This document shows, piece after piece, positions 13,401 through 28,300 of a DNA stretch of 64,000 nucleotides. The number at the start of each line of letters is the position of its first letter. Position 1 is the first letter of the stretch. The stretch lies in the NCBI GenBank assembly GCA_030141605.1, contig JAQGDQ010000036.1:310001-374000 (forward strand). The letters run 5' to 3'. Below the pieces are notes generated by a model. That model had not been told where the DNA came from and did no database searches. It was given only the letters and a program-made list of their open reading frames with translations. The position numbers were made by a program, and so were the translations under genes. The stretch is from Tubiluchus corallicola (lineage: Eukaryota > Animalia > Priapulida).

Positions 13401-15122
13401 TAAAGAGATGCTAAATCTCCAAAATTTCAGGTGTCCGTTATACCTGCGGAATGTTATTTATCAGAGGTGTCTGAGGCTCATACGTTTTTGGATCCATGGT
13501 CCTATTCAGTACCTACAAACAATAAAAACGAATTAAACGCAAAATGAAACGGTTCCTCATTCAATCAGCTAGTTGATAAGTCGGCCAGTTAGTACAGTTT
13601 GGGAACTCTCGTGTAGTTTAGCGAAATTTCTTCTGCAAAGTCGGCCAGACAGCAAGCCAATGCAGCTATCAACCACTTTCTCATACAGCCACTCAACCTC
13701 TTAATCAGTCCGTCAGCTAGTCAGATTAGTTACTAGTTAGCCAGGTAAACAGGTAGTTCTAGAACACAGAATAGGTAAGCAAAGTTTCGAAAAATTACCT
13801 GCTGCACTTCAGCTGTTGTGCTGCGAAATAATTCAATGTATCTGGACCCAATAATCTCGCGATGCTTCTTCAACGCATTACTAGCTTCTGCCTCATTTGC
13901 AAAGAGCACAAAAGCATCTCCGGTTGCTCTTCCATCTGGTTTATGCACAAACAAGATCCCCTCTTCACCATCCATTACATCACATTGGTTAGGTTCAGCA
14001 GCGAAAAATGATATCTAAATACAAAAACTAATGCTAATACAGATTTTTGGTCAACCTTAAAACGGTTTATCTCATCTACTTCAGTAAGACTTTTTACGCA
14101 AATTTCCAAATCTTTCGTATTTCTCATAATTACTGTGCAGTTAAAATTTCGCTGATTTCATCTGATTTGATTTAGTATTTTATTTCAAACTTTGCAAATT
14201 CATAAATACTTCACAAATTAATATAAATAATACAATAAATGATGATACACAACAATAACACAAATAACAATTAACGATATAACAAACTTCGCCATTGACG
14301 TCTGTAACTGTCATGTCAGTTTGACAGTCCAAGATTGACTTACTAGCCATTTTAACTGTTAAAATAGTAACTCAATACATAAAAGTAAATGGTTTTCTTG
14401 ATTATTTGTTTCGTCAGTGTATATCATTTCACAAGGTTATGGGCATTTTAATCTAATACACATAGAGTAAGTAAGCATTAATACATTTTCATAAGGCATG
14501 TTAGCTAATAAAAATCACATTTCACATTTGCTTACTATATCTTTTGCTGTTGTATCATATGGAAGACCTCTCATTCTGACAATCACTTGAGCTCCTCGAG
14601 AAAGAAATGCTTGAGCTTCGTTGTTATTACCTGTTATTAAAATACCAGTCTAAATTGCTGGATAATTCGGCATTTTTAAATGATTTATTGTTTAATTCAC
14701 TATAGGTCAAAGCAAAGTGTCCCACCTCTCATTACGACTATTCTTGTGCTGTTGCACAATAAAGTGAACCTAAAAAATTAACAATGTTATAAAGTAAGAT
14801 TTAAGTCGCATTTTAATTATTTTAGCCACACCAATCAAATAAAAACAAAAATATCATGGCCATTAACACGAGCATTCATATCCGAGTAGGTCTTGAGTCT
14901 AATCATTGCATTAGAATTGCTGGAAATTGCAAGGCCGTACCCCACTACCGTACCTGGAGTAATACAAGTTTTAATTAACATTGCGTCTTAACGACGACTG
15001 CATATAAATAAGCTATTTTTTGCTTGTGTGTCATCTATTAGTGTCGGTGGCATTTAATTTATAAGTAGTGTTCAGACAAAAAAATACTAATATAATTTAA
15101 AACTCTCTCTCTCTCGCGCGCG

Positions 15123-15193
<71 letters not shown>

Positions 15194-16046
15194 CCAAGCA
15201 AAAGAGGCGTGAATCAGTACCTGCAGCTACATTAATAAAATCTTCCCCAGATGCTTTGTACACCTCTATATATCTCTGACCAATGTGGTGCTTGTGTCGT
15301 TTCAATGCCAACTCCTTGTGTTCTTGGTTGACAAACCTCACCAATGCTTCACCATTCCGTCTTCCTTGAGCGCTTAGGCAGAGTGCAACCCCGCCTCTGC
15401 AATTAATAGAAGATCGGATTACACATCCACAGCACTTTCTACAACTTGATTCTGATTTTCCGACAATTATTATGTTTCAATGATGAACGTTAAGTTTATG
15501 GCCTTCATTATCATTCTTTTACAGTCATATTTTTCTACATTGATCTTCGAAATAACCAATAATCTTTATTTAATTAGGGAGAATGTTTTAATTTAAAAAC
15601 GTTTTAGCTTGCAGTTTGGTCTAGTTAAGCAGACACACATCTTTTGCAAAACGTTCCCGATTCAAATCAACTCGCTCGATACTTTTTTACACTGTTTTTT
15701 ATTCGCAAACCACTGCTTTGGTAACAAGATCTAATTTACCTCACTTCATCCTAGCACGGTTAAAATAGTATTGCATAATTGTATTAATTATTCAATGTGA
15801 AAATTTTCAAATGTTGACATACTTTGCAATGTTAAGTCCACGGAAAAACTTAGCTATGTCTTGGTCAGATGACTGCCATGGAAGACCTCTTGCTCTAATT
15901 ACTGTGTTGCTATCTATCTCGTCGTCTTTATTACTGAAAATAAAACAGAAGATAACAGTCATTAACAAAGCAATCTTGTTTGAAAATTGTAATGTTGCAA
16001 GGAAAACATTCTGTGCATACATTTATGGTGAAGTAAATAGTAATCA

Positions 16047-16141
<95 letters not shown>

Positions 16142-16248
16142 CATCATCATCATTGTCTAAAAGGCTCGAAACTTTTCGCAGAATTTGCATATTATAAAAA
16201 AACATAAAAACATGCAATTAAAATTTACAATGACTAAAACTACACTAA

Positions 16249-16347
<99 letters not shown>

Positions 16348-19300
16348 TCGGCTACAGCTTTACCACACCTACTTCAATATACTATATGCAATAAATGAAA
16401 ATATTAGTAGCGAAGTAACAGGGTGTGAAAGATTTAGCCGGTATCACTGTATTTCGCTCTACGCTGCTTTATTATTGCAGCATGGTTAGATTTTCTATCT
16501 TCTGGTAATACCAGTTTTTTAAATGTCTCACTGCGAGAGTGCAAGGTTGCCTTGTGCCTCTCAATGCTTCCTGACTTCACATTTTCCAAACGATAAAAAT
16601 TGTAAAAAACAGCGGATTCTGACGTTCTGTTCCCTGCACTTCACAAACGATAGTTTGAGCTCGGGCAGACCGAGTTACTCTCTGGTTTGAAAGGAAAAGA
16701 ACACTGAAATCCGTTGCAGTTCCTTAGGCTCTGGCAACTTATGGATAACCACTGAAATTACAACCACTTCATCCATTTGCACCAAAGCCACGAGGTGCAA
16801 GCGCTCTTGAGAAATTTTAAGCTTAAATAAGTTAGTACGACTTTTTTGAAACGTTTTTTTTAATTACTGTAATAATACTAATACAATTGTCATTGCAAAA
16901 ATGCTCGAAAATTGCTCAGCAATTTATATATTAGTAACTGCTCACCTGTACTAAATGTAGTTTTCTTGAAATTCAACCAGGAAAGTTAATTGCCTTTAAT
17001 TACTGTGTTTGTAATGTTATAGCTAAATGGAACACCATACGTGTCTCATAATTTCTACAGCTGCAGTTTAATAAGTAAATTTATTGCCTCTTTTGTTGGT
17101 ATACTCCAAGATCATTTTTATCCGTCTGTAAAACTTAGTCTGGTGCTGTTTGTACAAATTTAGCGAGAAAAATTCTGATACAGTAGCATTTTAGTTGTAT
17201 TTTACTCCAGGAGCGTACATTGTTGACAATTAATATTGATTGTTGAATGCGCTAGAGATGGAGATAACTAATTTGAAGATGGAGCTTTTTTCTGTACAAG
17301 CTTTTCGTCAGGTTTTAAATATAATATGATTACCAGCAACACCTAAATTACATTTGACACCCAATAACATTTCGCCTTCAGTGCTGCTTTAAGGCTGCCC
17401 ATTTATTGTAACAAGTGGGTATTTAAATATCGTTTTTGCTTGCCTGTCTGAAGCGTTTTTACTTTCTCGTTAGCTTAAAAAAGAAAAATCTCTCATAGCC
17501 CTCTAGCAGAAAAGTTTGAAGACAACCATGTGTTTTAGTCGAGACTAATATCTACTGATAAATTGTTGAAAGTACATCAACATACTAGCATGGTATTTAG
17601 ATGCGGGGCAATACCCCGGACAGACAGAAACCTGTTTTACAAGGCCGTGAGTCGCATCAGCCGTCTCACAATTCATGAAATTTTAACTTGTACATGATGA
17701 TGAATCGCAGTCTTTGCTGCCGATACTTTGCATATATTTGGTTTTACAAACAGCATGGAAAGCAATAGTCAACAAATTTTCTTGTATAATGTGCCTATTT
17801 CAAAGCGTCAAATTGTTCCGCTGACAAACCTACTTTGAGACGTTTTTTAAGCTGTTTCATCAATTCATCTGATCTTTCATGCGTTAAAATAAGTCATAAG
17901 AATGCAAGTATCATTTGAAAAACAATTATTGTAAAAGCTCTTAGTAACTGTAAAAGGCTTTTATATCTGTGATTATCATCTACTGATGAGGTTAGCTCGA
18001 TTATTTAAATGTAGTCTGATTTATAGCCTCACAATAATTTCCTTTCAGCGAAATTTGAAGTGTATATGTGGTTAAATTTAGATACACAATGGTACATCAT
18101 AAAATTATAAAACTTTGCATGCTAGAGGTGCGTCACTTAGACTTACCATAAGCCACTTTCTAATACTGTGCTTACAATTTCAGGATTTTCAAATCTGTGA
18201 CCTAAAAACAAATATAAATTCTGTAAATTCTTACGGTCCTTTAAACCACTAAAACATATTACCGAAAAGGTTTTATAGCAACGTGTGTTCGTTTCTAATA
18301 TTATAAATACTTTCCAGTTCTCACATAATTATGTTTCCTAGCGAAACACTTGAAAAAACTAAAAATGTGTGCAATGTAAGCAAAAAAAAACCCCCAGCAA
18401 AACCCATACCTTTCTAAAGTTCCATGCAAATTACGCAGTACTTGAAGATAGATGTTAAAACTCTTTTATGATTCACATTGCAGAGAACTGTTTCCAGACC
18501 CTGCACACTGCGATCTACAAGGAAACTAAAGCGAATGCAGCTTATGTACAGGCTTAATTAATGAAAGAAAAAAGTGCTACCATTTGCACTCCAAAAAGTT
18601 CAACTCCCTTCCGGAACTTTGTCTGATAAAACAGTATTTGGGAAGTTACTATTTATTCTACAAGTACCGATCAAATGCGTGCTTGGTTTGGAGTGCTTCC
18701 ATTTAAACCGATGTAAATACTGGACCATGCAGGTATAAATCGAGTTTTAAAGCGCATTACTTATTTTGTTTTTCATAAGATATTGTTACGAATAAACCAT
18801 TTATATACATTTTAAGTACATTGATGATTATAGGTCAACTTTATCACTGCATAACCAAGATTAAGAAACCTACACAAACATTAAGTAAATGAGCGATTCC
18901 GTAATTGTTCATCGTTTGCAATTTACACGTCTGTTGTGCTATGGCTTTCTTTCGAAATATATATTGAAAACAAGCCCAAAAGGCACCATTTCGCCTGCAT
19001 TGAGCATTTTCCCTGTAAACCTGTTTAAAGGACATTTTTAGCTTAAAGTGCTCTCGAAATTGCTACAATGAAATTAGGTGTCCTATCGTGTTTTGTCGCT
19101 TCTGTAAATAGTTTAGCGCGGCTGTTGAACTTCTTATATACCGTAAAATTCCTTTATAACATCGCTTAAAGCAATCTTAACGCATCAGTTTTAAATCACC
19201 CATAATTTTCCAGGTGGAGAAATTTAAACAGATTCTAAGTAAACACAAGCATGCGCTTATGTTGTTTATTTGAGATGACATGATACTTTTTATCTGAACA

Positions 19301-22300
19301 CTTTATGTTATGTTTTGGATGCTTGCTTAATAATATCTCCTGTTACGAATAATTTTTGTCTAGTTGATAGTCTACTTAAATTAATATACCGTGCAAGCCG
19401 TACAAAGACAAACAAACGATTCATTCACAGAAAATTCTTAGAAATTACTGAGTAAATTAAATTATGTTATTATCAATTTTATATAATTTTAAAATGTTAA
19501 AAAGTTGCATTCAGAGAGAAGAGAGGGTTAAATAATTGATAAGTTTATGCCACTTGTTTATATTATGTTATGTTACCTATAGTTGTCTGACATAGGCTAA
19601 GCCGTCTAAAGAAGAATTTTAGGGACTAAAACCGTTTTACTATTTGGAACAGCAATGTGTTCTTTCTGTTACAGTATAGTGGACAGTGTAGAATACTTCA
19701 ACTGACTTACGTTACTGTAAACATGGATAAAAACAAACAAATAAGCAGGCACGTACACACACACAAACAAAAAAAGCATAAGTGTGCGTGCATTATATAA
19801 CTTTTATAAATAAATATCTAAACAAATATTTTAGGATGACAAGAACAAAAATACATAAGCTACGACGAAGTGCATGAATCCGATATTTAGCATTAACTTC
19901 TTTATTCTTTAAACACCAAATAGGACGCAATAAAATTCTTTTGTAAGTATGTACAAAAATATAAAAAAATGCTTTTCCAAATTTTGAATTCAAAAGAAAG
20001 TAGGGTTTGTACAGAAGGAAAAAACAGCAGCTTCGTTTTATTTTCTTGTGAACAGACTGCGCCCATGAACATAAAATTTTAAATGGAGAGCCTGTGGACA
20101 ATACTCAGTGTTCATTAAAATTACATTGCTTATTGGAATGACTTGACCATTAGGAAATTATGACATCTACTTTTATCCAGTTCAGTGTCGTTGACTTCCA
20201 TAATATGAAGTCCCATAATATGAATATAAACTGACTACTATGAAGCTTCTTTATAACAATTTTCATGGATCCATACTTTTACTAGTTTTATTCTTACACC
20301 ATAAAACTTGAATCTGAAAGTATCATAATATTTTGAGCCATAAAACTTGAATCTGAAAGTATCATAATATTTTGAGCCTTTGATATTACAGTATAATGTC
20401 GCTTGTAATTTAAGAGGTGCAATAAAGTTTAACTTTAAATGCGTAGCACTGTAGCAGTTATAACGATAAAAGTAAAATTAAAAAAGCGATTTCTTCAGAT
20501 TTAAAACGTTAAAGTTTGGAAGTACCTACAGCTGGTGCAATAATCACACACTAAATGTGCAATTGTTGTGTTACACATGCAAATATATATATCAAATATT
20601 ATCAATTATCTTCACAGGTGGGAATCTCAATTTGATAAGAAAAATCAGCACAAACTGGTGCTAATTTTTCTTATTAATAATCTTCATTTTAACATGGAGC
20701 TAAATGTGAAATTTATGTTATCAATACAACTTAACAATACAGCACTCATATGCGTTTGATTGATTAACTTATTACAAATAAACTGCGACCTTGTATTTGT
20801 TAATCCCGTATAGCGTCACCAACCTTTACTGTCCCATTATTAAATGCCTTTTGTGAAGTAGATTAGTCACTTTTTACATGTTACATATACTCACCGTCAT
20901 GGAGCATCCGTTGTATTATATTAGCCATGTCATGACTTTGCCTAACTCCGAATTCTAGAGACGTATCAGTTTCCAAATTTGTGTCTAATTATCACATTAT
21001 TAAGGAGAATAAAATTTATCTATTAACTAGTGAATAAGGAGTTGACAAAATAAATGTAGGACGTAAGGTGCAAATAACTTTTCAAAATGATTTAACCTCG
21101 TTTCTATTTTCAATTTTCACTGTATTTACATTTAGATATCACAAATAAATAGTTCAAATAAATTATACCTAACTCCTGAGTAGGTTTTACTAGAAGTCCC
21201 CAAGAACATTGAACACATTTATTGGAAGTTATCATACGGGTAACGCAAATACGTATTCGACCGCATCTCCAGTATTTTGATCTCTGCAAAATTGGCACCG
21301 GATGAAGAAAAATACGGTAGAGTACAACAGCTCTCGCTTTGTTTTCACGTAATTGCATTGGTAGAGAAAACTATGGATGGTGTGATAACAGGATTTTAAA
21401 CTTGGGCGAGCAAACTCGTCTATCCTGTTAATGACATGTAGAGTAAGTACAGTCATTGTGGGAAAATTATTCATTGCTGCCATCATGGAAGTGGAAATCC
21501 TTACAGACCCTATACTAAATCAAATTATTATTCATTCGTGCTCTAATTGATTCGTGGCTCTGTACAATATATAAATTAGTACTTATGATAATTTCAGCGG
21601 ATAATTTTGCCATTCTAGTTCTATACAATGCATGCTCGGTATATTCTGTACAATGCGTGCTCGGTATAGTGACTACATTACCGTATTTTTGTTGGGGATA
21701 GATTATGAAAGAGCGATCACGTTTATGATATCTTACTAAATAATAAATTATATCGTCGAGGCACTTCTGTTCCCCCTAATTGTTGTTTTAGAAAGATCCA
21801 CGTTGAACCACTAAAAGAGATGGATATATTGTCTTTAAGTGGGGTTTAAGCTTACGGAAGCTTACGGATTTGTCTGCATTTCATGTACCTGTCTTACCTG
21901 CTTAGTCCTACTCTAACCGCGACTATATTTCCATCTTAAATCGCATTTAGTCGCGCGTAACTTAGGGTATTAATTAACGGAAGACCGGTCCCATCATAAA
22001 CTGGACCTTAAAACTATCTACCATATAAAATATTGAAAGGGAACGTATGTTTTTTCAAGAATAACTTACGTGAAAGAATTATTACCACAAAATAGCAATA
22101 AACAGTGGCTAGTTCTTTCCTGTTATGTGTATTTCGCCATTAGATGAGCACTAGCACCTGCATCTCGAAAAACAGGTGCTTAACCTCTCAGTTCAGAGGT
22201 GCTCAGTTGTGACGTAGTGCGCACGTTCGAGAGCTCATGTAAACTTTCAAGCAGTAAATTTGGATTTTGGACAGTAACACTGTACTTCAGTTTTCACTTT

Positions 22301-25300
22301 CGCAAATACGTTCAACACGCTCGTGGAATGTTTGTGCTGTTGAAAATAATGTTCAGTTGTAATGTGGTCACTAGGTGGGCTCCTCTGCCGGTTAATTAAG
22401 TTCTTAACCTTCTTAACCTATTATTTAGCTGACAGAAACGCTTTGGCATTATTATAAGCCTTGAAATGTATATGTTTTGCCCTGCTTCAGAATGAAGTAG
22501 GATATCCTGTAAACAAAATTTGTCTTAGCCACACGCCTAACTTTACGACCTCCAGAGTTGTCGTAACTCAACGAGTGGTGTTGTTATTACAGTATTTCAT
22601 TTCAATATCGCATACCATAGTTGGGAAATACTTTGAATCCGGCATCTGCCCTTAAAAAGTTAATAAACGATTGACCAATTTCCCTCTTGAGTCTCTTCTC
22701 TTTCCTAATATCTTTCTGCTCTTTTTTTGCTCTTTTCTATTTGACCTTTCCCTTCCTTCCTTTTCCTTCAATTCCCTTTTGTATGTTAGTTTTTAAGCCA
22801 CACCGTAGTTAGGCTTACTGCGTGCAAAAAGCAAGGAAGACGGAGTCATTTTTGTGTTACTGAATTTAATTAAAATGTAAATGAATAAAACCAACAATTT
22901 TCAATCTTCTTGTGTTTCTGTTGTATACGTGTGTGACGGACAGTCTGTCCCTTGTGTCACATAAAATTTCGCCAATAAAAAATCCATAGTAAAAATACAC
23001 ACACTTTCGTGTTTTTGTTAGCCCTAAGATATTGCAAAATTGTAAATCCTTTCTCTGTCTGTCTGCCTTCCTCTCTCTCTCCATCCCCCTCTCTCTCTCA
23101 CGCACACACACACACACACACACAAACACACATACACACTTCTTCCATATCCATAATTTGCAGGCTGTCAATTTTTTTACCGAACCGATAGCCGAATATC
23201 TTTTTGCATTCGAACATCACCAAATTCCCAAAGGCGTGTTTAAATCTGAGTCTAGTTTAAAATGTTAGATGAGAGAACTTCTGTTACGGCACTTCCCAAC
23301 GACAACCAGCGTAATGGACATAAGTCAAAGGCAGCTACATAAACACGATTTACGAACTGTCTTAAATGTGTAGTAAGAGAATGCACTTAGGTGCATAAAT
23401 TTATGACGAGCACACGAATATGGGCCCTGGTGTATAGACCTCTGTAATTTATGACGCAGATTAAAAAAGTAAGAGTTTCAGTATATGATTTCTACGCTCT
23501 AAACTTCAGACAACCATAAAAATCGTTTTGCGGTTGTTGAGGTTTCTAATATTAAACGAACATTTTTTGAGATGAATTGTAAACCTAAACTCAGGTTGAG
23601 ATTTTAAGTCAGTGTCACTGAGGCGTTAAAATACTGCATGTTGCGCTTGAGTCATCAGCTGTCCACACACTTTACCGGCGGTTAAGACGTTTCTTGGCAA
23701 AGAGAGATGTCGATGCTCAGACAAGGACTGGACATTAACAATGCGTACCCTAAAGGTGTTTTCAGACCGGTTTGTTAACATGTTCGTTGTCATTTGAACT
23801 ATAATTTATGTCATCTTATATTTTATTCATAGCTTTTACTTTTTCTCTGTAAGTTCTTTAACGTATCTTATATACACAAATATACCTGTATTTCAGGAGT
23901 TTCATAGTAAAAAAGCCCAATATTACTAAATACACGTATCTACCAAAAATGTCGAAGTAGCAGAACTATTTGAGTTATTTCATTAACGTACTTAACACCT
24001 CTGTCTGGTTTATAAATTTCATAATAGTAATTACGTACTATTAGCTACGTTTAGAGTGCATTTTTAGTACTTCCAACTCATGTGTGTTTGACGTAAACTA
24101 CCCGAAGCTGGTAAAGTATTCTAGGCTGCAACTCTATGTCACGTGTTTTAGCATTTTCAACGTTCAAGGTTTCTAATAATTAAATCTGTGAGATTTAGTT
24201 CCCTTTGTTATTTGTTCCACGTGATAATAATAAAACGTGAGAAGGGCGCGTCTACCGACTGACGACAAGAATGATTAGACCTCAGTTCCCTTGAGAGCTC
24301 AACAGTTATAAAGAATGATACTGTTTCAAACCTCATTTGGGGAGACATTCGTGACAAATGGGATAATCTGAGAACTTGCCTAATGAGTAGGAGTCATTTC
24401 GGGTTAATCAGCCGCAAAGAAAGTATAGACGTATTATTTTCATCCTTATTTATAACACGTCATAGCTATTCATTCGACCATGTTTCATTATAATTCTCCA
24501 AACTTTGCTGTCGTTTACTTTGTGGTAAATGCTGAATCAAAGTTTTTTCAAGATTTTCTTCTTTTTTTACGCTTCAGAAGATTTTACACCTGGGTATATG
24601 CAAAATAAAGTTATGAAGGCAGCATTTGCAGAACAACATCAATATTATTAGCAGCATCATTTTTGTCATTTTAGCGTTGATCACTTTGTAGACCAAGTGA
24701 TGATTTTGTGGATAAAAGCGCTAGTCAAAGAGTTGAACCTTTGATCTCGAATACTCAGCAAACCTATTAAAAAACTTAATATTCAAAACAAGGACGCTGT
24801 TTTGTTTTTCCTGCTCCTAGAATTCGAAAAAACTTCTTTAGTCAGAATTTTCCCAACAACGTTTAACCTGTTACGTAGTGTAATCTAGTCTGTGGGTGTG
24901 TGCCTACACGAGTAAGCAATGTAATAATTGTTGCGCTCGTATTTATAATATTATCATGTTGGCAGCATGCGGGAGGCAGCTGTAACTATTACAAGTAGTC
25001 ATTATATGTAACAAGTGCTTACTACACCATTATAAACATCGCTAATGTTTGGAGGTAAATGCAAAAAGATTACATACATATATATACGTCTACAAGTGCA
25101 ACAGCTTGAGTAATGTTTCACTTACTGCTTTAATGTGCGGGTATACATATATAAATTGCATAAAATAAATGGTATACGATTGTTGTACACAAATTGATCC
25201 CACCTGCGCACTGTCGCAAATCTTTCAATACTAGTTAGCTCTTCAATTCTAATCCTTCACTGAAACATCATGTGGGCTTTTATTGGCAGATGTTACGAAA

Positions 25301-28300
25301 GTTACTATATCATTACTAAGCTTATAGTTAGATCAGACATTTCTAATTGTACACTGCAAGGACACCTGTATTATAAAACTACGTACCTATAACATTAACC
25401 TGTGTTATCTAAAGTACAAACAACTTATATAAAAACCTTTATAGAAAAACACTTGCATAACACTGCAAGGTCTACATTTTGGCCACAACGTTTAGCCAAC
25501 GTATAAGGCTAAACTCTGATACACTAGTAAAATATAAAACAAATAAAACAAATTAAGGTAGTGAGAACTCAAATGCCTGTGTAGTAATCTATGGCAATAA
25601 TAACTGCAGACTTTAGGAATGTGTACTTGATGAAAAGTTATATAGGACTACAAATATTAGTGTATGTGTGTGTGCGGCATTATGTGGTATGTAAGATTAT
25701 AATTTCCGAAACAAAAATGGCTATACTGTAACCAGTTTTAAGAGTGTTTGATGATTGTTAGCCAGACAGAGAAAATCCTTAAGGATTTGCCGAAGCCCAT
25801 ACTGATACTTCAGTCGGTTAGATTCATTGCAACTATTACTGAGGCGGGAATTTGCCAGATAATTGACCACAATTTCATACAATGATGCATACTTCATTCA
25901 AAAAACTTATACTATGCAGCCGTCGTAAGATAGCAGTAATTATACATAATTAAATCACAATAGTTGAACAGCAACAGAATGGCTTTTCATAAATAAGTCA
26001 TAATTATGTTTACATGACTTATGTTTCCACGGAAAATCTCTTTTTTCCAATTAGAACAATTGGTCTTGTGTCCATAGGTAAGACAAGTATAAGGTAATGA
26101 CATCAGTTAATAAGACAAACATATTCATAAGCTTACACGCACATGTGTGAGTGTATTATTCAAACAACACCTGTGCACAATACACACACCATCGGGTATA
26201 TTACTTTTATTTCAATGCAAAAAATGTGTAACAAGAAGGGGAGTCAGTAAACTGACTGGTTCAAAAGAGGTAAACGCACTCTGGACTTTTTTTCAAAATA
26301 AATTCTGGTACTGGTTTTAAATTCAAGTTCTGCCACTCACTGGGTTACATATAGACTTATAATAGTCACCTACAGGCTTAAGTTACTAAAAAAAGCTTGA
26401 ACGATGAAGCAAAAAGTGCCTTAAGATTGATGAGTTTGACTTAAAGTGCCCATTATGTTCAAAATCTAAACAAGCAATTTACTGCGTATACAGACAAAGC
26501 ATAAAGAGATAAGCAACAATAGCGATCTCTATGCAATACGGTTCACTAAATTTATTTTATACTTTATATTATACTTAGTTCTAACTGAAATATACTAAAA
26601 ACGTACGCTAGTGAAGTTCCAGTCTGGGATTAATTGTCACGACCAATAAATTTGTTTTGATGACCCCAGCAGTAATGGCAGAGGGCTGCGGTTTGAATTC
26701 TGCTAAGTACATTGCTTGGAAAAATCTTATTATTAAAAATTCTTTTGCCGATGGGAAAACTTGGAATCATCTGAATGAGTTGCGCAGTGATGAGAGTGAA
26801 GAAGAGAAAAACACTGACCCGTGTCAAAAGCAAGAGTCAACAATGTTTTTCTCATATGAGAACTCATGTAGATAATTACTTTCAAACATACCAATGCTAA
26901 AATGTCAAGAGTGGACCTTTACTGATGCCTGTGATACATTGTCCGCATAAATCCCCTTGTAATAATAGAAGTTAGTCGCAAAGAAAAGTAGGCTATCTTT
27001 AGTTGGGTTATTTTTGGTAGAGGATAACTGGTAGAAGGATAATTGGTATCCCCTTAGGCATAGGCCTATGCCAAGGGGAACATTAAATGAAAAGGATACA
27101 ATCAGCCATGTCTTTAATACAACTGACATGTTCGACTTGGTGGTAGAATCGTTGAAATTCTTTCCTCAAGTCAAAGAACATGTAAAAGTAGCCAGGTAGT
27201 TCAATGTTCTTATTCCCCGCCTCTGGATGTAGGCATTGCCGAAAATGCAGCTGTCCGTCAGTGACGAAGTGAAACGTTCCTCCGGCATCACCATGAAGTT
27301 TAGTTCTTACGAACTGGTCGAACTGTAATAGAAATGTCCAAAATTAAAACTGGTAGTCAACAGCAATATGCTAAACAAGTTTGTTATATTGGATCTGTTC
27401 GTGTTTTTTTCATTTGATCATTCCATTTCATTCTATCGTTGCTTAATTCCCGGTTAATAGGTGTAAGTGCTCATTAGTTATTAGTTGCACTCCTTATAAC
27501 AACCTACTAAAGTTATTAATTTGTTGTAAGCAAAGCCCGCGTTTTATTTTAATTTAGGGCCTTTTTAGGCCTGTCTTAGCTAAAACTCATATTGGTAATT
27601 CTGATCTAAGAAAACTCTGATGGTATTGAAACGTCTCTGGGTAAATTACATTTTTCAATTTTGTTCAAAAATTACTTTCGGATCTTTGACGGCTAAATAA
27701 CTATAAGGTAACAGGTTCAGGTCATAAAATTGAGCCTGCCAGTACAGCCGCAAAAACACGCAGTTCTGTTGAAATGGAGGGTGCCAACTCAAGCTACTTA
27801 ACACAATGGTTTCAAACAAGTCATACGATGCTTCTACCTCAAGTAAATGCATGGGGACAGGGTTAACTACTGCTCTCCATGAGAAAACTGCTAAAATTAA
27901 CTTGTATGACTGTAAAGTCCTTTTCATACCGCATATTTTATCCGAAAGTTCGAAGACAACCAGTTCACAGATATACTGACAGCCAATGTAGGTTACCTTT
28001 TGTGGAAGATCTTGTATTGCAAGCTCTTGGGTCGACGAATTATGCTCTTTGCGTATTAAAAAAGCTGTGTTAATATTTTTGTAATAAGCACACTAAACTT
28101 GTTAAATCTAATATTTCCTATTTGATGGACATGATCGGAAGACATAGTTCGCATTGTCAGAAAAAGTCATAGCTAAATCGCTATCATTACTGCACTACTA
28201 CTATACACAGTCATAAGGTACGTCCTATTATAATAGTGGTATTATTAATATCACCAATTTACGTACAATCTCTTCTCTTACACAAGTAAGCTTTAATCCT

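Noticed and set aside
15811-16197. ORFs with poly-Leu or poly-Ile tracts
   Set aside because: Artefacts of the (TTA)n microsatellite and antisense overlap with ESRP exon 6.
22155-22182. AGCACCTG...CAGGTGCT hairpin (also a similar small hairpin at ~42620-42645)
   Set aside because: 8-bp stems are too short for a pre-miRNA and match no known RNA motif.
27655-28073. Overlapping ORFs in ESRP intron 2
   Set aside because: No recognisable domain or splice-compatible frame; probably a decayed repeat.
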